Assembly (NCBI GenBank): GCA_965214935.1
Contig: CBDCCS010000014.1
Location: 1-64,000 of the forward strand
Source of the DNA: Candidatus Velthaea sp.
Lineage (GTDB): Bacteria > Vulcanimicrobiota > Vulcanimicrobiia > Vulcanimicrobiales > Vulcanimicrobiaceae
Length of the DNA stretch: 64,000 bases
Direction of reading: 5' to 3'
Below are positions 1 through 9,922 of this stretch, in pieces. Position 1 is the stretch's first letter; each line of letters opens with the position of its first letter. A program made the translations under genes and the position numbers. Below the pieces are notes generated by a model. The model was given only the letters and a program-made list of their open reading frames with translations, did no database searches and was not told where the DNA came from.

Positions 1-502
1 CCGCAGCGATGCCGTAAAGTTGCGCGACGCGCTCGCGCCAGATCTCGCTGACGACAAAACAGCGCTGCGCAGAACGGATCGAACGGTCTTGCAACGCCGT
101 TAGTTCCGGTTGCTCGAAGGTGTCGAGGTGATGGATGGTGCGCGTAAAGTCACCGACCGCGCCGCGTTCGGCGAGCGTCGCTAGCGCATTACCGGTGATA
201 CCGTCGTGCGCGTGATAAATATCGAAAGCCGCGGTCGCGCATTCCCAGCCGTCGACGAGCGCGGTGATCCGCTCGTTGACGAACGGCAGCAGCGCACCGC
301 GCTTTGACGTCACATCGATCAGAACGTGGCCGCAGCGCGGCGTGCGCACGAAGCCGCATCCCGTATCGTCCAGTGCGTAGACGACCGCGTCGTGACCGAG
401 ATCGTGCAACGCCTCGCCCAGTGCCAGAACGTGCATCACGCCGCCGCGCGGCTGCGTCGAGTAGGTGAACAGCGCGATGCGCAGGGCGTCAGCGCAACGC
501 AT
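1..502 (-). CDS. MSMEG_0565-family glycosyltransferase (GT4-like), runs off the window edge
   Basis: Manual translation from ATG 502: MRCADALRIALFTYSTQPRGGVMHVLALGEALHDLGHDAVVYAL...IYHAHDGITGNALATL...TIHHLDTF. Matches the GT found in Nit1C-type clusters; overlaps the stop of the upstream gene. Confidence 0.85.
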   Translation of the reverse strand, partial: MRCADALRIALFTYSTQPRGGVMHVLALGEALHDLGHDAVVYALDDTGCGFVRTPRCGHVLIDVTSKRGALLPFVNERITALVDGWECATAAFDIYHAHDGITGNALATLAERGAVGDFTRTIHHLDTFEQPELTALQDRSIRSAQRCFVVSEIWRERVAQLYGIAA

Positions 503-1454
503 AGGCCGGCGCGCCGGTAAACGGCGACTGCGCGAAGTCCCAAAACGGTTCGCGTTCGCCCTGCGATTCGAGGACGAGCCGCTGGTCGGCATTGACCGTA
601 CCGACCGGCGCACATGCAAGCCCCCGTCGGGTGAAGCGCAGCCGGACTTCTTGGACATCATCGGCTGCTACGGCCAGCAGGTAGCCGTAACTCGGAAAAC
701 TCGTGAGCCAACGTTCGAGCGCCGTGCCGGACGGCTTGGGAATCGCGTCGATATCGACCGCCGCGCCGACGCCCGAGCATTCGAGCAGCATGAGCAGCGT
801 ACCGAGTATTCCGCCCATGCTGATGTCTTTTGCCGCACGGCACAGGCCGGCTTCGGCTAGCGCCGGCAAGAGTTCGAGATCGCCGCGCAGTCGCTGCGCG
901 TCGGCCGTCGTGCTGCAATTCCAATAGGGATAGGGCTCGAAAAACGCGCCCCGCAAATCGACGGCGGCGACGATTCGATCGCCCGGCCGTGCATCGAAGC
1001 TGGTCAAAAGTTTCTGTGCGCGGCCCACGATGGACACGGCGAGCCGATCGCCCGTGCTGCGCGCGTTCGTATGTCCGCCGACGATCGGTACATTGTAGGC
1101 GTCGGCCGCCGCGCGCATGCCGGCGAATATCAGCGCACCGCGCGCATCACTCGTGGCCCACAACGCATCGACCACGGCAGTTGCACGTCCGCCCATAGCG
1201 GCAATGTCGCTGAGGTTGACCATGACCGCACAGTAGCCGGCGAACCACGGTTCACGCTCGACGAACTCGTCGAGTAACCCCTCGATGGCAAACAACAGAA
1301 ACCCGTCGCCGTCGGGGATCGCCGCGCAGTCGTCGCCGATGCGGCATGGTGCCGGCGCACCGCGGAGGCCGCGATAGGCAAGCGCAATATCGGTTTTGTG
1401 TTGCATTCCGCGGGTCGCGCGCAAACGATCGCATAATCCGCGCAAGCCGCTCAC
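489..1454 (-). CDS. nitF: sll0787-family AIR synthase-related protein (NitF-like)
   Basis: IGDDCAAIP, VNLSDIAAMGG, GGHTN and KDISMGG motifs of the PurM/ThiL-like fold; Nit1C context. Confidence 0.88.
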   Translation of the reverse strand: MSGLRGLCDRLRATRGMQHKTDIALAYRGLRGAPAPCRIGDDCAAIPDGDGFLLFAIEGLLDEFVEREPWFAGYCAVMVNLSDIAAMGGRATAVVDALWATSDARGALIFAGMRAAADAYNVPIVGGHTNARSTGDRLAVSIVGRAQKLLTSFDARPGDRIVAAVDLRGAFFEPYPYWNCSTTADAQRLRGDLELLPALAEAGLCRAAKDISMGGILGTLLMLLECSGVGAAVDIDAIPKPSGTALERWLTSFPSYGYLLAVAADDVQEVRLRFTRRGLACAPVGTVNADQRLVLESQGEREPFWDFAQSPFTGAPAYALR

Positions 1455-1996
1455 GACGCGCGGCGGCTATTGCGCAGCAGCGCTACGGCGGCATCATCGG
1501 TGTTGGGCGGGTACGCCGCAAGATCGGCTTGCATGAGCATATGCGGATGCCCGTGCAACTCGAGCGGCCGTAGTGTCTGCCACGCCAACCGCCGGAAAAA
1601 ATTCACGTTTTGCGCCTGAACCGTTGCCAAGAACGTTTGGCAACCGCGCGCATGCGCCGTCGTGACCGCCCGATAGATAAGGCCACGGCCCAAACCATAA
1701 ATCGCGCGATATTGTGGGTCGATCGCCAAGCGCGAACCATACCAAACTCCGGCCGGCTCGGCGTGAATGCGGACCGTTCCGACGACGCGGTGCTCCATGC
1801 CCATGACATAGTCGACCGCCACGATCGTCGCGGCAATCGTATCGACGTCGTCACGATCGCTATGCTCGAACAGCTTCTGCTCGCGGCAAAAGACATGCGT
1901 GCGAAGCGCCGCCGACGCCGCCAGTTCCCAATCTGCCGAGGCGAGTTTGATACCGAATTGCGGCGGCACGAAGGGTTGCAAATCGGGCGGAAACAT
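1451..1996 (-). CDS. nitE: MSMEG_0567/sll0786-family N-acetyltransferase (GNAT, NitE-like)
   Basis: VVGTVRI, WYGSRLAI, AHARGC..FLATVQ.QNV.FF motifs. Start placed at ATG 1996, overlapping the radical SAM stop (TGATG). Confidence 0.85.
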   Translation of the reverse strand: MFPPDLQPFVPPQFGIKLASADWELAASAALRTHVFCREQKLFEHSDRDDVDTIAATIVAVDYVMGMEHRVVGTVRIHAEPAGVWYGSRLAIDPQYRAIYGLGRGLIYRAVTTAHARGCQTFLATVQAQNVNFFRRLAWQTLRPLELHGHPHMLMQADLAAYPPNTDDAAVALLRNSRRAS

Positions 1997-3126
1997 CAAC
2001 CGCCCACCGGCATCGCACTCTCGAACGTCGACAGCGACGAACACGCGCCGCACTTACCGCAACCTGCCTTGATGTCGGCTGAGACGAGCCGCGCTTCGCT
2101 GAGCATCGCACCGAGCGGAGCCAGTAGCGCCCGCATGAACTGAGCACTCGGGGCAAGCATATGTTCGAGCGGCGTGCCGGCGTTGGGCACGAGCGGAACC
2201 ACAAACGGATAGACGCCCAGACCGATGAGCGTCCGGCACATCGCGAGAATCGATTCGGGAGCGTCACCCAGACCGGCGAGAATATACGTGCTCACTTGGC
2301 CGCGGCCGAAGACGCCGACGGCGCGCTCGAAGGCGGCCAAATAGTAGCTGACGGGTACTTTGGCTTTACCAGGCATGGCCCGCGCACGAACTTCGGGCTC
2401 GACGGCCTCGAGATGCATCCCCAGGGCATCGACACCGGCGGCTTGCAGCCGCTCGAACCACGCAAAGTCGTCGGGCGGCTCGCACTGCGCCTGCAGCGGC
2501 AAATCGACGGCAGCTTTAATTGCCGCGGCACTTTGACATAAAACGGCGGCGCCCCGATCGGTGATATTCGGGGTCCCGGTCGTCAGCACGGCGTGCTTGA
2601 CGCCATCGAGCAAAACCGCCGCGCGTGCAACTTCGGCGAGCTGTTCCGGCGTTTTTTGCGCGATCGTGCGCTTCGCTTTGAGCGACTCGCCGATCGCGCA
2701 AAACTGGCATTGCGTGCGCCGGTTGGTATAACGGATGCACTCTTGCAAGACCGTCGTTGCCAAAACATCACGGCCGTGCAGCGTCGCGATCTTCCAATAC
2801 GGAATGCCGTCGAACGTCGACAGCGCGTAAAAACGCGGTTGACGCGGGAAGGCGACCCGCGCAACGGGCACGCCGTCGCGTTCGAGCACCGACATGCCAT
2901 TGAGCGACGGTCGCCGCGCAACAAACGGCGAACGCGCGGCGCTGCCGGTGTGCACCGGCACCATGACCGTCTGACCGTCGACAATCACCGCTTTGTGATC
3001 GGATGGACCGGCGCCGCCGCGCCGGCTCGAAGCGCCGGCATTTACGTCATCGAGCCGCAGCCCAAGCGATTGGAGCTCGCTGATCAGCGTCGATGAGTTT
3101 CGCGCCGGAATCGCGATGACCGTCAT
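1996..3126 (-). CDS. nitD: MSMEG_0568-family radical SAM protein (NitD-like)
   Basis: [11 protein letters not shown]-terminal motif, CX9CX2C ([14 protein letters not shown]), C-terminal [18 protein letters not shown] upstream. Confidence 0.92.
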   Translation of the reverse strand: MTVIAIPARNSSTLISELQSLGLRLDDVNAGASSRRGGAGPSDHKAVIVDGQTVMVPVHTGSAARSPFVARRPSLNGMSVLERDGVPVARVAFPRQPRFYALSTFDGIPYWKIATLHGRDVLATTVLQECIRYTNRRTQCQFCAIGESLKAKRTIAQKTPEQLAEVARAAVLLDGVKHAVLTTGTPNITDRGAAVLCQSAAAIKAAVDLPLQAQCEPPDDFAWFERLQAAGVDALGMHLEAVEPEVRARAMPGKAKVPVSYYLAAFERAVGVFGRGQVSTYILAGLGDAPESILAMCRTLIGLGVYPFVVPLVPNAGTPLEHMLAPSAQFMRALLAPLGAMLSEARLVSADIKAGCGKCGACSSLSTFESAMPVGG

Positions 3127-4060
3127 CCGTGTCTCCCTTGTCGTCTGCGTGCATCGGCAATTTCGGCCGCATGTCCATGACTAAGCTCAGTAGCTCGGGC
3201 CGCGCGTAATGACCGACCGAATCCATCATCCGCTTGCGCTTGTCGATCAGCGCGAAATCGAGATCCGCGAAAATCGTGCCCTCAGCATCGACGAGCGGCG
3301 CGACCAGATGCTTGCCCTCCGGGGTAACGATCGCCGTAAAACATCCGCCGCGCAATGCGTTTTGCAGCGGCCCCGCGGGCTGGACGGTTGCGATCTGTTC
3401 GTCGGTTAACCACGCAGTTGCGTTGACGACGAAGCAGCCCGACTCGAGCGCATGATGACGGATCGTCACTTCCATTTGATCGGCAAAAATCTGGCCGACG
3501 AGCGACCCGGGAAATTGACTGCAGTGTATCTGCTCGTGTTGCGCCATGAGCGCATAGCGCGCCAGCGGATTGTAGTGTTCCCAGCACGCGAGCGCGCCAA
3601 TTCGTCCGGCGGCTGTATCGACCACGCGCAAACCGCTCGCGTCGCCCATGCCCCACACCATACGCTCGTGATACGTCGGCGTGATTTTTCGCCGCTTGAG
3701 CACGAGCTCACCGCTCGCATCGAAGACTAGTTGCGCGTTGTAGAGCGTTCCGCGATCGCGCTCGGTAACACCGAGCACGACGACGATGCCGTGCGTGCGA
3801 GCCAACGCTGCAACCGCCGCCGTTTCGGGTCCGGGGACGATGACGGCTTCGTCGTAAAGCCGGAGATGTTCGGCACCCATGAGCGCCGGCGGCATGACGA
3901 ACGAAAAGTACGGGTAATACGGCACGACGGTTTCGGGGAATACGACGAGCGTCGCGCCGTTGTGCGCCGCATCGCTAATTGCGGCAAGGACTTTCTCGGT
4001 CGTTGCGGCGCGGCTGTGCAGCACGGGTGATAGCTGCACGGCCGCCGCGCGCACGATCAT
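3047..4060 (-). CDS. nitC: Nit6803/sll0784-family nitrilase (NitC)
   Basis: Catalytic triad E (FPET), K (RRKITPT), C (LACWEH); [14 protein letters not shown]. Start ATG 4060 overlaps the nitB stop. Confidence 0.93.
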   Translation of the reverse strand: MIVRAAAVQLSPVLHSRAATTEKVLAAISDAAHNGATLVVFPETVVPYYPYFSFVMPPALMGAEHLRLYDEAVIVPGPETAAVAALARTHGIVVVLGVTERDRGTLYNAQLVFDASGELVLKRRKITPTYHERMVWGMGDASGLRVVDTAAGRIGALACWEHYNPLARYALMAQHEQIHCSQFPGSLVGQIFADQMEVTIRHHALESGCFVVNATAWLTDEQIATVQPAGPLQNALRGGCFTAIVTPEGKHLVAPLVDAEGTIFADLDFALIDKRKRMMDSVGHYARPELLSLVMDMRPKLPMHADDKGDTDDGHRDSGAKLIDADQRAPIAWAAAR

Positions 4061-4539
4061 AACGTCCAGGTATCGAGAATAAACGAGTTCGCGCGCCGAT
4101 GCAGCAGAATGCAATCCAACACGTCGAGCGGACTAATTGCGACGATACCCTCGATGAGTGACGGTTCGCCGTGGCCGTACAACGCCTGCAACGCAAAGCG
4201 GCAGGCGTACACATTGCCGCCTTCTTTCATAAACGTCGTCAATTGCTTGGTGAAATTTTGATGACCCGGAAACGCTTCATCGCCCAGCGTCGGAAAACCG
4301 CGCTGAATGCCGAGCGTTACACCCGGTCCGTACAACAAAATCGACGTCTCGAAGCCCTTGCGCTGCAAGCGCGTCGCCTGCAACAGATTGACGAAACCGA
4401 TCGAACCCTCAAAAGCGACGGTATGAAACGTAACGAGCGCCTTTTCACCCGGCTCGGCTTTGACGTCCTCGAAGACTTTGTTCTCGTAGTCGACGAAGAA
4501 ATCGCCGTTTTTGTGAGCCGGAAGTTCAACGACTGGCAT
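4057..4539 (-). CDS. nitB: MSMEG_0572/sll0783-family nitrogen-starvation protein (DsrE-like, NitB)
   Basis: [33 protein letters not shown]...[12 protein letters not shown] signature. Start ATG 4539 follows AAGG. Confidence 0.92.
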   Translation of the reverse strand: MPVVELPAHKNGDFFVDYENKVFEDVKAEPGEKALVTFHTVAFEGSIGFVNLLQATRLQRKGFETSILLYGPGVTLGIQRGFPTLGDEAFPGHQNFTKQLTTFMKEGGNVYACRFALQALYGHGEPSLIEGIVAISPLDVLDCILLHRRANSFILDTWTL

Positions 4540-4719
4540 ACAGACCAACCTTTATTTCAGCGCAAACGTGTCCGTCCAACAAACGGCTACCGTGCTCCGG
4601 GCCGACGGTAACGTATGGCCGGTGACAGCTCGCAGCAGTAACGGGACACTGGTGTAAAGCTTGCACTACGATAGGCCGCGCCGCGCCGGCTAAACAGTCT
4701 AGTCGGAGTCATACACCGA

Positions 4720-5508
4720 ATGTCGGGAGAAACTACGAAAGCGTTGGCCATCGACACAAGTGCCGATCGTATCGGAGATTCGGTTCGACGCAACCGCCTC
4801 GGGTCGTTTTTGCGAATGAAGCGCGCGACGTTGCTGCCGGAACGCTTCGACCTGCCGGTCTTTCGCCGGCGGCGCGTAACGGGTTTGCGGCGTGAAGAAC
4901 TGGCGCTACTCGCCGGCATCAGCGTTGCATGGTACACGCAACTCGAATCGGGCGCATCGATCAACGTTTCTCCGGCGCTCGTGCGCCGGCTCGCAAACAT
5001 CTTCGACCTGTCGGCGATCGAGCGCGCGTATGTTTTCGCCTTGGCGTTCGATGAATTAGGCGCCGTCGATCGCGTGTTGCCCGAACTCGAGCTTCTATGC
5101 GGTGCCCGCATTGCCGGCGAAACGTTCGCTGCCCAAATTGCATTGGTTCTGCGCACGCACCGGTCGCTAAAAATCCAAGTGTATGCGGCGCTCGTGCACG
5201 GTACCATCGACATGCTCGTGCCGTACCTCGATGAAGGCCGCTGTCCGATCGGCTTGTGGTTGCACGACGATCTCGCCGCAACGCGTCGCAGCGACGCGCA
5301 GTACAATCGTGCGGCCCGCGTGCACGCCGCCTTCCATCGAGAGATCGACAAAGTCGTTCAGGCCGGCTTGAGCGGCGCGCAGCCGCAAGTCGAGCGGCTG
5401 ATCGTGGCGCCGAGCCGGTACGTGATCGCATCGGCAGCACTCGAGCGTACATTCGCGCAATGGCCAAATCAAACGGCAGCGCCGTTCGTGAGCGGCGCAC
5501 TCGGCTAA
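4720..5508 (+). CDS. XRE/MmyB-type HTH transcriptional regulator with a C-terminal CZB-like zinc-binding domain
   Basis: N-terminus LGSFLR.KR...RRRRVTGLRREELALLAGISVAWYTQLE (MmyB-type HTH). C-terminus H..(RTHRS)...CPIGLW...VHAAFH matches the CZB 3His-1Cys pattern. Confidence 0.8.
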   Translation: MSGETTKALAIDTSADRIGDSVRRNRLGSFLRMKRATLLPERFDLPVFRRRRVTGLRREELALLAGISVAWYTQLESGASINVSPALVRRLANIFDLSAIERAYVFALAFDELGAVDRVLPELELLCGARIAGETFAAQIALVLRTHRSLKIQVYAALVHGTIDMLVPYLDEGRCPIGLWLHDDLAATRRSDAQYNRAARVHAAFHREIDKVVQAGLSGAQPQVERLIVAPSRYVIASAALERTFAQWPNQTAAPFVSGALG

Positions 5509-5546
5509 TCGCCGTTCACTTGCGCTAGTGTGTCCCGCATCGGGTA

Positions 5547-5820
5547 CTACATCATAACCGGTTCGAGCCGGACGATCGACGTGTTTTCCCGGCTTTGCGA
5601 ACGATTCGAGCCGCGACTGAACTGCCGCGACGACGTGCCCATCACGCGCTTAAATACGGTGCTGAAGGCGCTCTGGGACTCATAACCGAGCGAAAACGCA
5701 ATCGCCGAAACCGGATCAGCGGATTGAATGAGTCGGTCGCCCGCTATCATCATCCGCCAGCGCGTCAAATAGTCCATCGGCGATGAGCCGACGGTGGCTC
5801 GAAATTTGAGCGTGAAGCTC
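5547..5820 (-). pseudogene. 3' fragment of an AraC-family regulator
   Basis: SFTLKFRATVGSSPMDYLTRWRM...IAFSLGYESQSAFSTVFKRVMG is only the C-terminal AraC HTH; the 5' part is missing. Confidence 0.8.
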
Positions 5821-6751
5821 GTGCTCGGCTCCGATGCTACGGGCGACGTGGTCGAGATCGGCAAGGCCGTCACACGTTTCCAAGTCGGCGATCGCGTTTT
5901 CGGCCATGCCATCGAACCGATCCGAAACGCAATCGTTCTGCCGAAGGCGCATTTCAAACGTACACGATTTTGCTCGAACGATTAACCGCGCACGTTCCGA
6001 ACGAGATGTCGTTCGAACGCGCAGCGGTGCTCCCACTGGGTGTGTCGACGGCAGCCTGCGGTCTGTTTCAAGACTTTTCGGCACTCGAGACGCCGACGGC
6101 GAATTTGAAACGAAACTAAAAACATTGCTGGTCTGGGCGCTTCGACGAGTGTCGGCAGCAACGCGATCCAACTTGCCGTCGCTGCCGGCTACGATGTCAT
6201 TGCGACCGCGTCGGCCAAGAATTTCGACTACGTAAAAAAAGCTTGGCACTAGCCAAGCTTTCAACTATCACGATGTAAGTGTCGTTCGCGACGTCATCGC
6301 TGCGCTCGAAGGAAAAACTCTTGCGGGCGCAATCGCGATCGGCACCGGATCGCCCCAAGCATGCGTCGACATCGTCGGCGCATGCCGAGGAAACCGGTTT
6401 GTAGCGATGGCAACCTGCCCGATTTCGTTTGCTGCGCAAACCGGTCGCGCGAGTTTCGGCTTTCGACTTGCAACCGTACGTACGTTCCTTACATTCAGCA
6501 TCGCTTTATGGTTCAAGACCCGTACCAACGGTGTCCGCACGAAATCCATTTTTGGCAGTTCGCTTGCTCACAATGAAGTCGGGACCAGCATTTACAGCGA
6601 CTTCCTTTCCGAAGCGCTTGCCGCCGGACGCAATGCTGCCGCTCCCGAGCCACCCGTTGTCGGCACCGGACTCGGGTCGATTCAAGCCGGCCTCGATGTA
6701 CAACGTCGAGGCGTTTCCGCCGCCAAGGTGGTCGTCTTGTTGGAAAGTTGA
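5818..6751 (+). pseudogene. Zinc-binding ADH / enoyl-reductase-like (MDR) oxidoreductase, 5'-truncated and frameshifted
   Basis: Pieces lie in different frames: VLGSDATGDVVEIGKAVTRFQVGDRV / EGAFQTYT...SFERAAVLPLGVSTAACGLF / LVW-ASTSVGSNAIQLAVAAGYDVIATAS / ...RRGVSAAKVVV. Frameshifts near 5913, 6137 and 6240. Confidence 0.85.
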
Positions 6752-6874
6752 AAACCGGTTAACGATCCGGTTGATGATCCGGTTGTAAAATCAAGCTTGA
6801 TGCGCCATAGCTACGCGGCGTTGCGCGCGCGAACGGCGAGGCGGCGTCGCCGCTGCATGAGAATAGCGTTGCCG

Positions 6875-9835
6875 ATGCGCCGCCGCTTGATACTCGTAGC
6901 TTTAATCGTCGTGTTTTCGGCTCTCTCATCAGCGATAACACGTGCGGCAAGTAGCCCGGCGGCGGCCACGCTACGCGGCGCTTTCGGCGGCTTACATTGG
7001 CGCTGTATCGGCCCGTTTCGCGGCGGCCGTTCCGTCGCCGTGAGCGGCGTCCCGGGCGATCCGCTGCGTTTCTATTTCGGGGCGGCCGGCGGTGGCGTCT
7101 GGCGCACCGATAACGCCGGACAGACATGGTCGCCCATCTTCGACAGCGGACCGGTCGCATCGATCGGCGCCATTGCCGTCGCTCCGAGCGATCCGAACGT
7201 CATTTACGTCGGTTCGGGCGAAGCCGACTTCCGTTCCGATCTGCAGCAGGGCAACGGCATGTATCGTTCGGCGGATGCCGGGCGGACATGGACGCCGAGC
7301 GGCTTGAGCGATACGCGTGCAATCGGGCGAATCAGCGTCGATCCGCACGACTCCGCCGATCTTGTCGTTGCAGCGCTCGGACATCCGTATGGACCCAATG
7401 CGCAACGCGGCGTCTTTCGGTCGACCGACGGCGGGTCGACCTGGCGCCGCACGTTATTCATCGATGAGAACACCGGCGCGATCGCAGTGACGCGCGATTA
7501 TCAACATCCGCACATCTTGTTTGCCGCGCTGCTGCAGACACGGCGACCGCCGTGGAACGTGTATGCGCCCTCGAAAGGGCCCGGCAGCGGGCTCTACCGC
7601 TCGGCCGACGGCGGGACCACCTGGACGGCGGTGACCGGCGGCGGCTTTCCCGTTACCGGGCTGGGACGGATCGGCGTTGCCATCGCGCCGTCTAACGCAA
7701 ATCGCGTGTATGCAATCATCGATGCCAAGGCGGGCGGTCTGTATCGTTCCGACGATGCCGGAACAACCTGGAAACTGCTGAGCGGCGACCGGCGCATTTG
7801 GGGCCGCGGCTGGTATTTCGGCGAAGTCAGCGTCGACCCGCTCGATGCCGATCGCGTCTATGTTTCGAACACGTCGCTGTACGTTTCGGCCGACGGCGGC
7901 GCGACGTTCGACGCCCTCAAAGGCGCGCCGGGCGGCGACGATTACCACATGCTGTGGATCGACCCCAGCGCCGGATCGCGCATGGTGTTGGCCAGCGATC
8001 AAGGCGTCGTCGTCAGCGTCGACGGGGCGAAGACTTGGAGTTCGTGGTATAACCAGCCGACCGCACAACTCTATCACGTCGCAACCGACACGCGGTTTCC
8101 GTTTTGGGTCTACGGCGCGCAACAAGATAGCGGCGCGATCGGCGTTCCCAGCCGCAGCCTGCATCGCGGTATCACGCAGGCGGATTGGACGCCGCTCGAA
8201 GTCGGCGGCGAAAGCGACAGCATCGCACCCGATCCGGCGCATCCGGGTGTGCTGTTCGGCTCGCGCGTCGTACGCGAAGATCTCGCGACGCGCGTGACGC
8301 GCAGCCTGCCCCCGACGCTGGCGCATCCGGGCGACTGGCGCTCGACGTGGACGTTGCCGCTCGTCTTCTCACCGCTCGATGCCGGCGTTTTATACGCCTC
8401 GCGCCAAGCCGTTTTTCGCACCGCCGACGGCGGCGGCCGCTGGGAAACGATCAGTCCGGATCTTACCCGGCCCGAACCCGGCGTGCCGCCGAATCTCGAT
8501 CCGCCGGCCGCCGCGGATATCGATACCGGCGCAAGTTCGCGTCACGGCGTTGTTTATACGCTGGCACCGTCGCCGATCCGGAAAGGCGTGCTCTGGGCCG
8601 GGACGGACGACGGCAACATCGCGCTCACCCGCGATGAAGGCACGCACTGGACGAGCGTCACCCCGCCCGAGCTTAGCGCTTGGAGCAAAATCGGCGGCAT
8701 CGAGGCCTCGCATTTCGACCCGCAGACAGCGTATGCAGCGGTCGACCGGCACCGGCTCGACGACTTGCAACCGTACGTCTACCGCACCCGCGACGGCGGC
8801 CGGACGTGGCAGAATGCCGTCGCCGGCATTGCGGACGGCAGTTTCGTCAACGCAGTGCGCGAAGATCCGCTGCGGCGCGGACTGCTGTATGCAGCGACCG
8901 AAACCGGCGTCTACGTCTCGTTCGACGACGGCGATCGCTGGCAATCGCTCGCGCTCAACATGCCGCACGCATCGATTCGCGACGTGGCCGTGCGCGACGA
9001 TGCACTCGTCATTGCCACGCACGGCCGGTCGTTTTGGATCCTCGACGACGTAACGCCGCTGCGGCAATCCGATGCCGCGGTTGCCCGCGCTCCGGCATGG
9101 CTCTTCGTACCGCAAATCGCGTTTCGCGTTCGGCCGGGTAACGATGATGGAACTTCGCTGCCGCCCGAAGTGCCGGCCGGCGAGAATCCGCCGGACGGCG
9201 CGATCGTTAATTACACGTTGCGCACCGCCGCAAAGCGCGTCGAACTCGATATCTTCGATCGGAACGGAGCACACGTACGGCACTGGTCGAGCACTGAACC
9301 GGCCGCCCCCGCCGATGCGCGCAAACTGGTCTTCCCCGCTTTCTGGGTCCCGCCGCAGCCCCCGCCCGCGACGACCCCGGGGTTGCATCGCTTCGTCTGG
9401 GACCTGCACTATGCAAGTGCGCTGCCGCCGGCCGACGATGCAGCGAGCGACCCGTTCACGGCGCCGGGTATCTGGGCACCTCCCGGGATCTACGATCTGC
9501 GCTTGACCGTCGACGGCCGCCGATTCGACCGTAACCTGCAGCTGCGCATCGATCCGCGCGAATCTGCGACGCAAAGCGCGCTCGACGCCCAATTCCGCTT
9601 GGCGCGCCGGATCGAGGCCTTACGTGCCGGCATCCGCGCGTCGATCGGCTCGGCTCGCAAAAATCCCGAACTGCAAGAACAGCTCGCGCGCACCGCAACG
9701 GCACTGAGCGATCTGCAAGATGCGGAGCAAAGTGCACCGGAGGCGCCGACGCCCGACGAGCGCACCGCCTTCGAGCGCGAAGCTAACGCCGTTCGCGATG
9801 CTCTCGCGGCACCGCGGCCGAAGGGGTCGCGTTAG
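6875..9835 (+). CDS. Secreted BNR/Asp-box repeat (VPS10/sortilin-like beta-propeller) protein, putative glycosyl hydrolase
   Basis: Signal peptide MRRRLILVALIVV; WRCIGPFRGGRS; many S.DGG.TW Asp-box repeats. Start uncertain (6797, 6857 or 6875). Confidence 0.85.
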   Translation: MRRRLILVALIVVFSALSSAITRAASSPAAATLRGAFGGLHWRCIGPFRGGRSVAVSGVPGDPLRFYFGAAGGGVWRTDNAGQTWSPIFDSGPVASIGAIAVAPSDPNVIYVGSGEADFRSDLQQGNGMYRSADAGRTWTPSGLSDTRAIGRISVDPHDSADLVVAALGHPYGPNAQRGVFRSTDGGSTWRRTLFIDENTGAIAVTRDYQHPHILFAALLQTRRPPWNVYAPSKGPGSGLYRSADGGTTWTAVTGGGFPVTGLGRIGVAIAPSNANRVYAIIDAKAGGLYRSDDAGTTWKLLSGDRRIWGRGWYFGEVSVDPLDADRVYVSNTSLYVSADGGATFDALKGAPGGDDYHMLWIDPSAGSRMVLASDQGVVVSVDGAKTWSSWYNQPTAQLYHVATDTRFPFWVYGAQQDSGAIGVPSRSLHRGITQADWTPLEVGGESDSIAPDPAHPGVLFGSRVVREDLATRVTRSLPPTLAHPGDWRSTWTLPLVFSPLDAGVLYASRQAVFRTADGGGRWETISPDLTRPEPGVPPNLDPPAAADIDTGASSRHGVVYTLAPSPIRKGVLWAGTDDGNIALTRDEGTHWTSVTPPELSAWSKIGGIEASHFDPQTAYAAVDRHRLDDLQPYVYRTRDGGRTWQNAVAGIADGSFVNAVREDPLRRGLLYAATETGVYVSFDDGDRWQSLALNMPHASIRDVAVRDDALVIATHGRSFWILDDVTPLRQSDAAVARAPAWLFVPQIAFRVRPGNDDGTSLPPEVPAGENPPDGAIVNYTLRTAAKRVELDIFDRNGAHVRHWSSTEPAAPADARKLVFPAFWVPPQPPPATTPGLHRFVWDLHYASALPPADDAASDPFTAPGIWAPPGIYDLRLTVDGRRFDRNLQLRIDPRESATQSALDAQFRLARRIEALRAGIRASIGSARKNPELQEQLARTATALSDLQDAEQSAPEAPTPDERTAFEREANAVRDALAAPRPKGSR

Positions 9836-9922
9836 CGCAGGCCGGCGAAACTTCTCGGGTCGGTTTGTCCGTCAATAGATAGGCCCGTGCGCTTGCAGCA
9901 CGCGGTGCAAAGGGAGAACATT

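Noticed and set aside
8390..9592. Long antisense ORFs (also 25161-26111, 29053-30510, 47733-48566, 55374-56648)
   Set aside because: They are shadows of well-supported genes on the opposite strand in GC-rich DNA; no motifs or RBS.
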